NCBI RefSeq assembly: GCF_902713615.1
Contig: NC_052150.1
Span: forward strand, 222,673,063 to 222,737,062
DNA: 64,000 nt
Origin: Scyliorhinus canicula
Taxonomy: Eukaryota
Direction of reading: 5' to 3'
Both the position numbers and the translations under genes were made by a program. A model generated the notes under the pieces. That model saw only the letters and a program-made list of their open reading frames with translations, did not search any database and had not been told where the DNA came from. Below, in pieces: positions 25,180-36,459 of the stretch; position 1 is the first letter of the stretch, and the number at the start of each line of letters is the position of its first letter.

Positions 25180-27860
25180 CTCCTCATCATCCTGTTCCCC
25201 TTTACCAGTCACCTCATCACCCAGTTCCCCTTTACCAGTCTCCTCATCACCCTGTTCCCCTTTACCAGTCTCCACATCACCCTGTTCCCCTTTACCAGTC
25301 TCCACATCACCCTGTTCCCCTTTACCAGTCTCCACATCACCCTGTTCCCCTTTACCAGTCACCTCATCATCCTGTTCCCCTTTACCAGTCTCCTCATCAC
25401 CCTGTTCCCCTTTACCAGTCTCCACATCACCCTGTTCCCCTTTACCAGTCTCATCACCCTGTTCCCCTTTACCAGTCACCTCATCACCCTGTTCCCCTTT
25501 ACCAGTCACCTCATCACCCTGTTCCCCTTTACCAGTCACCTCATCACCCAGTTCCCCTTTACCAGTCTCCACATCACCCAGTTCCCCTTTACCAGTCACC
25601 TCATCACCCGGTTCCCCTTTACCAGTCTCCACATCGCCCTGTTCCCCTTTACCAGTCACCTCATCACCCGGTTCCCCTTTACCAGTCTCCACATCACCCT
25701 GTTCCCCTTTACCAGTCACCTCATCACCCTGTTCCCCTTTACCAGTCACCTCATCACCCGGTTCCCCTTTACCAGTCTCCACATCACCCTGTTCCCCTTT
25801 ACCAGTCACCTCATCACCCTGTTCCCCTTTACCAGTCACCTCATCATCCGGTTCCCCTTTACCAGTCTCCACATCACCCGGTTCCCCTTTACCAGTCTCC
25901 ACATCACCCTGTTCCCCTTTACCAGTCTCCACATCACCCTGTTCCCCTTTACCAGTCTCCACATCACCCTGTTCCCCTTTACCAGTCACCTCATCACCCA
26001 GTCACCTCATCACCCAGTTCCCCTTTACCAGTCACCTCATCACCCTGTTCCCCTTTACCAGTCACCTCATCACCCTGTTCCCCTTTACCAGTCTCCACAT
26101 CACCCGGTTCCCCTTTACCAGTCTCCACATCACCCTGTTCCCCTTTACCAGTCTCCACATCACCCAGTTCCCCTTTACCAGTCTCCACATCACCCTGTTC
26201 CCCTTTACCAGTCGCCTCATCACCCAGTTCCCCTTTACCAGTCACATCATCACCCAGTTCCCCTTTACCAGTCACCTCATCACCCAGTTCCCCTTTACCA
26301 ATCACCTCATCACCCAGTTCCCCTTTACTAGTCTCTCATCACCCTGTTTCCCTTTACCAGTCTCCACATCACCCGGTCCCCCTTTACCAGTCTCCACATC
26401 ACCCTGTTCCCCTTTACCAGTCTCCACTTCACCCTGTTCCCCTTTACCAGTCTCCACATCACCCTGTTCCCCTTTACCAGTCTCCACATCACCCTGTTCC
26501 CCATTACCAGTCTCCACATAACCCTGTTCCCCTTTACCAGTCTCCACATCACCCTGTTCCCCTTTACCAGTCTCCACATCACCCTGTTCCCCTTTACCAG
26601 TCTCCACATCACCCAGTTCCCCTTTACCAGTCTCCACATCACCCTGTTCCCCTTTACCAGTCACCTCATCACCCAGTTCCCCTTTACCAGTCACCTCATC
26701 ACCCAGTTCCCCTTTACCAGTCACCTCATCACCCTGTTCCCCTTTACCAGTCACCTCATCACCCTGTTCCCCTTTACCAGTCTCCACATCACCCGGTTCC
26801 CCTTTACCAGTCTCCACATCACCCTGTTCCCCTTTACCAGTCTCCATTTCGCCCTGTTCCCCTTTACCAGTCTCCACATCGCCCTGTTCCCCTTTACCAG
26901 TCTCCACATCACCCTGTTCCCCTTTACCAGTCTCCACATCGCCCTGTTCCCCTTTACCAGTCTCCACATCGCCCTGTTCCCCTTTACCAGTCTCCACATC
27001 ACCCTGTTCCCCTTTACCAGTCTCCACATCACCCAGTTCCCCTTTACTAGTCTCCACATCACCCGGTCCCCCTTTACCAGTCTCCACATCACCCTGTTCC
27101 CCTTTACCAGTCTCCACATCACCCTGTTCCCCTTTACCAGTCTCCACATCACCCTGTTCCCCTTTACCAGTCTCCACATCACCCGGTTCCCCTTTACCAG
27201 TCTCCACATCACCCTGTTCCCCTTTACCAGTCTCCACATCACCCTGTTCCCCTTTACCAGTCTCCACTTCACCCTGTTCCCCTTTACCAGTCTCCACTTC
27301 ACCCTGTTCCCCTTTACCAGTCACCTCATCACCCAGTTCCCCTTTACCAGTCTCCACATCACCCTGTTCCCCTTTACCAGTCTCCACATCACCCGGTTCC
27401 CCTTTACCAGTCTCCACATCACCCAGTCACCTCATCACCCAGTTCCCCTTTACCAGTCACCTCATCACCCTGTTCCCCTTTACCAGTCTCCACATCACCC
27501 TGTTCCCCTTTACCAGTCTCCACATCACCCGGTTCCCCTTTACCAGTCTCCACATCACCCTGTTCCCCTTTACCAGTCTCCACTTCACCCTGTTCCCCTT
27601 TACCAGTCACCTCATCACCCGGTTCCCCTTTACCAGTTTCAACATCACCCTGTTCCCCTTTACGAGTCTCCACATCACCCGGTTCCCCTTTACCAGTCTC
27701 CACATCACCCTGTTCCCCTTTACCAGTTTCAACATCACCCTGTTCCCCTTTACCAGTTTCAACATCACCCTGTTCCCATTTACCAGTCTCCACATCACCC
27801 TGTTCCCATTTACCAGTCTCCACATCACCCTGTTCCCATTTACCAGTCCTCCACATCACC
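25180..27860. repeat. 30-bp minisatellite, roughly 90 copies (2.7 kb)
   Basis: Unit CATCACCCTGTTCCCCTTTACCAGTCTCCA with variant units. Confidence 0.98.
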
Positions 27861-27924
27861 ACTCCCTCCTTTTCAGTCACAACACATTGACAAAGCGACT
27901 GTGGTGAAAGAAACTCCCACTTAC

Positions 27925-28003
27925 CCTGATGTAAACTCTGATTCTCCTTCTCTAGACTGGTTACCCGGGTACACAGCTCAACATCTGAACCTTGCACTGC
28001 GCT
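27925..28003 (-). CDS. EEF1D: EEF1D exon SAVQGSDVELCTRVTSLEKENQSLHQ (leucine zipper, first half)
   Basis: TTTTCAG|AGC...CAG G|GTAAGT; 79 nt, phase 1. Confidence 0.95.
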
Positions 28004-29932
28004 CTGAAAATAGAACATGCAGGAATTAGCCTTAGTGAAAGCAGACAGAGAGAGAGAGAATGACCCTAGACGGCAGAGAGTTAGCCCTCATTTCCCCAAT
28101 CTCCCTCCTCCCCATTAGTAAGAGTTCAAGAGGCAGTAGGTGCACATTGTTGAATCTGTTTCCCCTCTGGATAACGAGGCCAATTTAAACTGCAATAATG
28201 AACTCTTATCAATGGTGCGAAACAGATACAGAAAGAGGGTGGGAATATCCTGGAAGCGAGCAGGAAGCACTCACACACAAAGGGCAGGCAAAGGTAGGGA
28301 ACCCAGAAATGCACGCACATTTGATTGCTGCATGTGATGATTACAGTTCTTCTAAGAGACAGCTGGTAAACATTTTTCAACAGAGAACAGAAAGCCAGCT
28401 GGATGTTATGTGCAGGATTCCAGAAGGAGCCCTGATGCTCCTCTTAACATCATTCTGTCCTTACAGGTCTATAAGGCTCCTCGAGCCCTTTGATAACAAA
28501 CAAAACGGACGAACTGACTTTTGCACCAATGTTTGGGTTAGTGCAGGCTGTTCTCCCAATGGCACGATGGAACAGTGGATGACATGTATAGCTGCTATCC
28601 TGTTACTGGGAGAGGGGAATGATTGGGAAAGTTGCCAAAGTGGGGAGGGGGTGAGCACAGCCTCAGTGTGGAGATCCATGCAGCCTTGGCACCGCCTACA
28701 ACCCAGCTGTTTCTGTGACATCCAAATGACCTCATGGCGTGGCGGTAGACAGAGTGTCCAGTTTACACTCTGCTTTAATTTAAAAAAGCCTCATGGTGAG
28801 GAATCAAAGGGAGAAATAATAGCTTTAAAAAGGATCACCGCCAGAGACTATCTAAGCCAGCGCAATGTCTGACAGGGTCGCAGGACAGTGATTCCCCCGT
28901 GTGAGAGCTCCCCATCTAAAGTCGGCTGTAATAAAAGAAGAGCGAATGGTACGGAACCTTAGCCAGACTCCATCTGGGGAAACTACATTCAGTTCTGGGC
29001 ACCGTACCCTCACAAAGGATGCACTGGCCTTCTGAGCAGGCACAGCACTGCTTCACCAGAATGCTTCAGAACTAAAAGGGTTAAATTACAAAAGTGGGCT
29101 TGCATTCCCTTGAATATAAAGATCCAGCAGTGATTGCTTTGCCTTTCCAATGTAACCCCTCAGAGGAGTTCCTTTCTTTCCAGTAGAAGGGTGAGGATTT
29201 TTCTTGCCCCACCAGCCCCGAGAGCATCGCAGTCTCAGCCGAGATGGTTCAGGAGCGAGCCGGGCTGTTCCTGGCTGGTATCACTCAGTTATAGGGCACA
29301 ACATGGACAGCCCCAAACCCCATGGCGACAAGAGGTACAAGTGATGGGAATGGTGAGAATATAAACTAAAATCACAAAATGCTGTACCTGAATAGAGGAA
29401 TATGCTTCCAAGTTGGCTGCCCAGCCAGTGCCCTAATAGTCTGTTACTGAGACACGTTCGCAGTGCTCTGTTCAGGAGATGATGGATTTCCCCCTCCCGC
29501 CTCCCACTTCCCTTTATGGAATACAGTCTCGCAGGAGTCGGCAGTGCCACTCTGGACACTAGGCTGTCCACTCTCCAGCCAGGAACTGGTGGGCAACAAT
29601 GGCAAAGCAGCCTCGGATCAAATCAGATGGCAGTCGCTCTACCACGGCAATACCATGACACCGGGCAGCATCTTTACCCGTGAGCCTAATGGGAGCAAAG
29701 AATTGGATCTGGCTGCGATGGGCATTTAAATGCTTCCCCTTAGCGGGGGGCATGCAGCTGACATGAGGAATGGATGGCTCAGCTCTGCAAGCAGCCGGCG
29801 TGAGGAAGCCACATTTCATATTAGTAAAGGAAAGGCACAATGTGAAGAACCATGTAGAAGATGGGAGGCAAGAGAATCTCACAACCAACCAACCCTGAAA
29901 GCGGACAAAAGCTGCAGCAGCAACGTACTTAC

Positions 29933-29959
29933 TGTCTGATGATTTACAAGCAAGACATT
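29933..29959 (-). CDS. Candidate coding microexon (27 nt NVLLVNHQT, or 3 nt ACA)
   Basis: TTGTTTTTATTCCCTGAAAAG|AAT...CAG ACA|GTAAGTA; strong donor; both options preserve frame. Confidence 0.3.
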
Positions 29960-30515
29960 CTTTTCAGGGAATAAAAACAAACAACAGAGCTTTAGTACCT
30001 TGTGAGCAGACATGATTTAAAACCCTTTGCTTCAATTCTCATGCGGTTACAGAAACTAGAAGCACAACTCAGGGACAATCACACTTTCATGACCCTCTCT
30101 GCCGAGTAACAATATGAGGGTCCATGGGGTTGGTAATTTGGAGGCTAACGGAGATGAAAAGGGTGCAATGATCCAGTGGTCAGTACAGTAACACTCGAAC
30201 ATTAACTATAAGACAAATGTCGAAGAGATCAACACCATAAAGGACAAATACGAAGAGGATGGATACTGACAATACTGGAGAGGTGACAGACAAATAGTCT
30301 TTCTTCACGGTGAGGCATGGTATGCAAAAATGAAAAAGAAAACAATGCACAGGTCAACACCATTCACATCAAAATGCAACCATATATATTTTTGATAGCC
30401 TACAATGGCAATACAAGCAGTAAGTGTTAATGGTGAGGTTAGTGATGTGCTGGGTGACAGGGAGAGGGGAGCATGCCACCTAAATTCTTCGGCTTGCATT
30501 GCCATGGAATCTCAC

Positions 30516-30590
30516 GTGGCTCGAGACGGGGTCGACGTTATCCTGGACCGTTTCTTTGGGATTACTGTTGGCTTCCCAAACGGATTGGAT
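30516..30590 (-). CDS. Candidate alternative EEF1D cassette exon IQSVWEANSNPKETVQDNVDPVSSH (75 nt, phase 0-0)
   Basis: GATCAG|ATC...CAC|GTGAGA; open, frame-preserving and CpG-retaining. No homology verified. Confidence 0.35.
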
Positions 30591-31483
30591 CTGATCGTGG
30601 AAATACATTCACATACTGTACTGTGATAGTCTCACAACACTCACACAAGCACCGACTGTCTCCAGATCAAACTAAAAGGCACCGATTCAACCAACACCAA
30701 AGCAGCAGCATGTTAAACACAGAGACCAGGAACCCGAGTCAGTTTCATTGTTCATCGCCTGCTACTTTAATCGGTCTTCACAGATTTGCTCAAACGATAC
30801 AGCCCATCTTAAAAGTGTGATGCCCAGTTAATTGCGACATAAACCGTGGTGTCAATTCAGTGACTTTTTAAAAACTCTAGTCCTGGGGGTGGGGTTCATT
30901 TACTCTTTTTAAATTGGTGTTGATTCCCTATTAGCTTTAAAAAGATTGGTCATTTTTTTGTTTGAAAAAAAAAGAAGAGCCTCCTCAAACTGGCATCAGA
31001 GTTTCTACCGGATCGGAATTAGGCAACGCTGTTCCCGCCGCTTTAAATGTTTTAAAACGCGACGCAAAGTTGAAGCAGTTATTTTCACATGGTTTAATCT
31101 ATATTTTCTGATTAACTGGTGGTCCTTTCAAAATGATCACCTTCACGTTGCTGATTTAATTCTTTCTCAAAAGGACAGTAACGGCCCTGAATGTTGTCTG
31201 AATGGAAAATGAGTGACGGATAAAGCACGTGGGAGTTGTGTGGGCTTGTTGGCAGCTTCTCAGCGACTTCTACAATCAGAGAGTCTGAATGTCACGGATT
31301 CTGCACTTGTGTTTTTAATTATTAAAATGCAGCAGGGGAACAAGCCACTTGGCCCAACAGTACTGAACCTGCCATTTGAGCCGCTCATTATCCAGTCAGC
31401 ATAAACCTTTCTCTCTTTCATGACCTAACTTGGGAACCTAACTTTCCCCAAAATACATTTATGCTATTCGTTTAAAAGTGAGG

Positions 31484-31709
31484 ATGTGGAGATGCCGGCG
31501 TTGGACTGGGGTGAGCACAGTAAGAAGTCTTACAACACCAGGTTAAAGTCCAACAGGTTTGTTTCAAACACTAGCTTTCGGAGCACTGCTCCTTCCTCGG
31601 GTGAATGAAGAGGTAGGTTTGACATACCTCTGTTCAAACATACCTCTTCATTCACCTGAGGAAGGAGCAGTGCTCCGAAAGCTAGTGTTTGAAACAAACC
31701 TGTTGGACT
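31484..31709. mobile_element. Penelope-like inverted pLTR pair, each arm carrying a hammerhead motif
   Basis: 31547-31615 is the reverse complement of 31641-31709; plus-strand core CTGAGGA at 31656, GAAA at 31677. Confidence 0.75.
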
Positions 31710-34351
31710 CGAAATGAAATGAAAATTGCTTATTGTCACAAGTAGGCTTCAATGACGTTACTGTGAAAAGCCCCTAGTCGCCACATTCCGGCGCCTGTTC
31801 GGGGAGGCCGGTACAGGAATTGAACCGTGCTGTTGGCCTGCCTTGGTCCGCTTTAAAAGCCAGCTATTTAGCCCAGTGCGCTAAACCAGCCCCATTAACC
31901 TGTTTTAAAAGTGAGGTCCACATTAAAAAAAAAATCCAATTAAGGGGCAATTTAGAGTGGCCAATTCACTTACCCTGCACATCTTTGGGCTGTGGGGGTG
32001 AAACCCACGCAGACACAGGGAAAATATGCAAACCCCACACGGACAGTGACCCGTGGCTGAGATCGAACCCAGGTCCTCGGTGCCGTGAGGCAGCAGTGCT
32101 AACCACTGTGCCACCGCAAGGTGCATATTTTAAGCACTGTGTAGGTGACGAGGTTTCTCCTGAATCCCCTATTCGATTTATTTTTGATCATCTTGTATTT
32201 ATCACCTGAGTTTTGGACTCCCAAAAGTGGAATACTTTCCCCCGTGACTATCCCCTTCATACAAACTGCTCTTCCTAATTTTCAAAACCTCTATTAGGTT
32301 CTCCCCCTGCCAAACCCCCCCCCCCCCCCCCCCCCCCCAACCCCGTTTGACCAACTGAGAATGTGGCGTCCATATTGGACAACGTATTAATGAAGAGAAG
32401 TCAGATCATGAGGTGGCAGAAGGGGACAAAGTTAAAAGAGGATAACTATTCCAAGTATATTAATGTTTTCCAGTCAGTTTTAACTCCTGGAATTCTGATG
32501 AACGTCAGGTCTGTTCATTCCCAATGGACACAGCTGATTATGGCATCCCTCAAACCTCAATACAAAGCCAAGGCAAAACAATTAGCACTCAGTGAATCTT
32601 TAATACATGATCCATTTCTTATTAATTCTCCCTTCTGTTACCCTCTGAAGAGACTGGCTCGTGCTAGGCTTACAGTCCCATGGCTTCAAGGTGCTCTCCT
32701 GCAGCATTCTTTACACAGTTGGCGCACACTTACATGCGGACATACGCTCCAAAGGGTTCCCATGGAAGAATATTGGACAATTTCTCTCTTTCTAACCCAG
32801 AGGTGTGGAGGTCAACTACAGCACAGAGACAATGACCCAGTCAACATCAGCAAATCTGTCTGGGGAGGGTGGGGAAGGACTCATCCCGAATATGTAGAAT
32901 CCCTCCGATGTGCATGAACCCACAGCAGTCAATTGAGTGAAATCCCCTCTCAAAACAAAATCCAACACAAAAATCCCAATCGACAGCCACCTTTCAGAGA
33001 TTTCCAGGGAAATGATGACCGAGGGAGATAAAATCTTTTATTACCAAAAACTTTTAAATGTCATATTCCAAAAGCATAACAAAAGAGCGAGTATCTGAGG
33101 TGAAAGTTATTAAGAAACGAAAAATAGGAGGCCATTCGAATCTGCTCCCCAATTCATTGTGATCATGGGTGATCATCTAACTCAATAGCCTAACCCCGCT
33201 TTCCCCCCAGATCCTTTGATCCCCTTCGCCCCAAGTGCTATATTTAACTGCTTCTTGAAAACATGCAATGTTTTTCACTCAATGTATCCTTTAAGATGCT
33301 AATGAGCCATGTCTTCACATTGTTTCCTCACTGACTGAAAATTTTAAGCCATCTAATGGATTGCTTCCATAATTAAAAAATTCTGCGTGTTGTGTTGGCC
33401 AGTTTTTAATCCCCTTCTGACAAAATGGTCAGGAATAAAGCAGGACGATGAACACTTTTTTTTATTCTGCTCTAACTGTAGATCAAATGAAAAGGTAGAA
33501 TGATGGTGGGATGATCTCCTTACTTGGGACATATAAGAAAAAGACCATTTAACCCAACCAGCCCATGCCAGCATTTAACATTAACACTTAAAATTTTCAT
33601 TTTTTCCTTTTCCAATTAAGGGGCAATTTAGCGTGGCCAATCCACCTACCCTGCACATCTTTGGGCTGTGGGGGCGAAACTCATGCAAACACGGGGAGAA
33701 TGTGCAAACTCCACACAGACAGTGACCCAGAACCGGGATCGAACCAGATGTCAATAAAGAGGACTCTGCAGGGTTCACCAGGTTGAGTTTGCCATCTTCA
33801 ATGCCGGGTGGTCCATCTTGTTTTATTCCCTTTAGGCCTTTTTCTTAGCATTTACATACAACTTAAGTGGTTTGTTAGGCCATTTCAGAGAGCATTTAAG
33901 AGCCAACCACACTGACGTGGACCTGGAGTGAGGCTAGGTTATCATGACGCAACAAAAACAGGCAACACTAAGGTCGTGCTGACAGAGGCACAAAATTCCA
34001 AAGAGACTTTGTTGCAAATGCGAGGTCATCCATTTTGGCCGGGCACTTTCTAAATGATAGCGGCAGCTGAAGTCCAAATAAGGGATCTCCCATTTCACAC
34101 AAAGATGAGGCGAGATTACTTCTCAGAGTTGTTATACCGTTTGAATTCTCTATCCTGGGCAGCAGTGGAGCCTGGATCACTGAATATATTCGAGGCTGAG
34201 TTAGGACGGATTTTTGATCTGGAAGGGAGTCAATATTATGTGGGGCAGGCAGGATTGTGGAGTTGAGGGCACAATCACATCACTTATTGAATGGCAGAGC
34301 TGGCTCGAGGGGCCAAATGGCATACTCCCACCCCTTTCCTCGTGCTCTTAT

Positions 34352-34940
34352 GTTGTGGAGATGCCGGCGTTGGACTGGGGTGAGCACAGTAAGAAGTCTT
34401 ACAACACCAGGTTAAAGTGCAACAGGTTTGTTTCAACCGGGATCTTGGATTCATGTCGCATTACATTCGCCCCCCACCATCTGGCCTGGACTTGCAAAAT
34501 CCTACCAACTCTCCTGGCTTGAGACAATTCACACCTCTTTAACCTGGGATTACCCCTATGAACAAAAATGAAAATGAAAATCGCTTATTGTCACGAGTAG
34601 GCTTCAATTAAGTTACTGTGAAAAGCCCCTCGTCGCCACATTCCGGCGCCTGTCCGGGGAGGCTGGTACGGGAATCGAACCGTGCTGCTGGCCTGCTTTC
34701 AAAGCCAGCGATTTAGCCGAGTGTGCTAAACCAGCCCCTATCTCTGGATCTGTAAAGATTTGATTACCCGCAAATGCTCGCATTCCAAGCATTGTCTGGC
34801 ATCTTTGACTTTGTCTATATATATGTTTCTGGAACATACCTCTTCATTCACCTGAGGAAGGAGCAGTGCTCCGAAAGCTCGTGTTTGAAACAAACCTGTT
34901 GCACTTTAACCTGGTGTTGTAAGACTTCTTACCGTGCTCA
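34352..34940. mobile_element. Penelope-like element with inverted ends, hammerhead at 34844-34888 and a nested SINE (34560-34740)
   Basis: Terminal ~60-bp inversion; TTCAC-CTGAGGA-A-GGAGCAGTGCTCC-GAAA-GC-TC-GTG; CCCCTAT flanks the SINE. Confidence 0.75.
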
Positions 34941-36387
34941 TGCTCTTATGTAGCTTAGATTTACCAAAATGTGACTTGGACCCTTGCAGCGATCAGACAA
35001 ATTACGGGCAATTTAATCATATAGTTTACAAGAACAGTGAATGTTTGTGTTACCCAGCACTCTACCAACCAGAATCGTCTAGTAACTGGAATCTCTGATG
35101 GTTCGATTCGTTGTTTTTTGAAATAAAGTGTTCGGATAATGCATTCTTCAAAATAAAAAACTAATAACAGATTACAAATCTGAAGCTGTTTCGAAGCTTT
35201 ACATTGAAATTATGAAAATTACTGGGTCAGTATTGGTTACGGAACCTGAACAAAGATATAATGCTTAGCTGACCCTTTCTGTAAAAAGCTGGCCTGATGG
35301 TTGTGGTAGTTTTACTGCGAAACTCTGCTGGGACCCTTCCTACCCATCTGCTTCTCCACTCCCCTCAAGGGCAGAGCAGAACCCTGCCTCATGCACAGGG
35401 CAATTTAACTCCCCGTTAACCGGCATTTTTGATTCCCCAAGCTTGCTGGATAACAGCGATCTTACTGGATTAAGGTAACAGATGATAGTTCCAAGAGAAA
35501 TTACAACTAATGTTTGTTTGTTTCTTATTCCTAGATTCCCTATAGTCAGACCTTCCAGGAGTGAAATTAGGAAACACTTCTACACAAAGCGTGCCAGATA
35601 TTTGGAACACTCTCTTGCAAACAGCAATTGATGCTAGATCCTCCGTTTAAAACTGAAATTAGTACCTTGGGTTAATAAAATACTACGGGATATGCGGTTA
35701 AATTGGGTAAATGGAGTTAGGCTGCACTCATTAAATGGTAGTACAGGGGGTTAAATGGCCTCCTCCTGTTTGGATACAGAATGACCTATGTTGTGATGTT
35801 GACAGAAGTGCATCACTCCCCTCCCTCCCTCCACCCAGATGCAATAGGAATTATCCTCATTACAGAGAACACAGTCGCAAGTATAGAGCCCGTTTTATAC
35901 TGCTGCCCAGTTTGTTTTGGGAGTCATGGATGATAATACAATGGCGTGCATTCCAGCAGTAGTGAGTGGCTACTATAGCCACAAAGCTGGAGGACACATA
36001 TGGGTTTCTCACACTCGTATATTGGAAAATAGGAAACCATTAATGGGTTAAGTTGACTGTGACATTGGCTACAAAGTCAAGGTTAAACCCAGAGTCTCAT
36101 TTCAGTTGATGTTGGTATTTAATGTTCTTTATTATTTAGAGGATTCTGTCTCATCGCCTATTTGAAGGGAATTTATTTGTTAGAAAACCCAATTCCACTC
36201 TTAGCCAGATGTGAAGAGTTACCAACTTATGCAGACATTTTAAAAACAAAACACGATGTGAACACAATTTGAATCATTGCCTAGCTTCCTGACAGTTAAA
36301 GGAGTTGGGGTAATTTTTGGAAAGTCTTTATGTACAACTAAGTGGGCATCTCAAGTCTGCGGCCAGGTACGAGGAGCAGGTACTCAC

Positions 36388-36459
36388 TCCGGCCAGTGAC
36401 TTCTGGATATTCTCCCTGGCTCTGGCAATGTCTCGAAGGATGTTACTTGCTCCGTTCTC
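36388..36459 (-). CDS. EEF1D: EEF1D exon [24 protein letters not shown] (72 nt; not in the ORF track)
   Basis: CCTAG|GAG...GGA|GTGAGT; near-identical to the vertebrate EEF1D peptide. Confidence 0.97.

Noticed and set aside
25105-27828. Long collagen-like or mucin-like ORFs (GKGEQGDVET, SPCSPLPVST)
   Set aside because: Artefacts of a stop-free 30-bp minisatellite; open in several frames on both strands and not a Gly-X-Y period.
29281-29888. Additional large EEF1D exon ending at CAG|GTACAG (~29387)
   Set aside because: The ORFs change frame, there is no recognisable homology and no convincing phase-0 acceptor.
32363-32917. 184-aa plus-strand ORF (also 28198-28872)
   Set aside because: No domain similarity, non-ATG start, intronic antisense; likely spurious.
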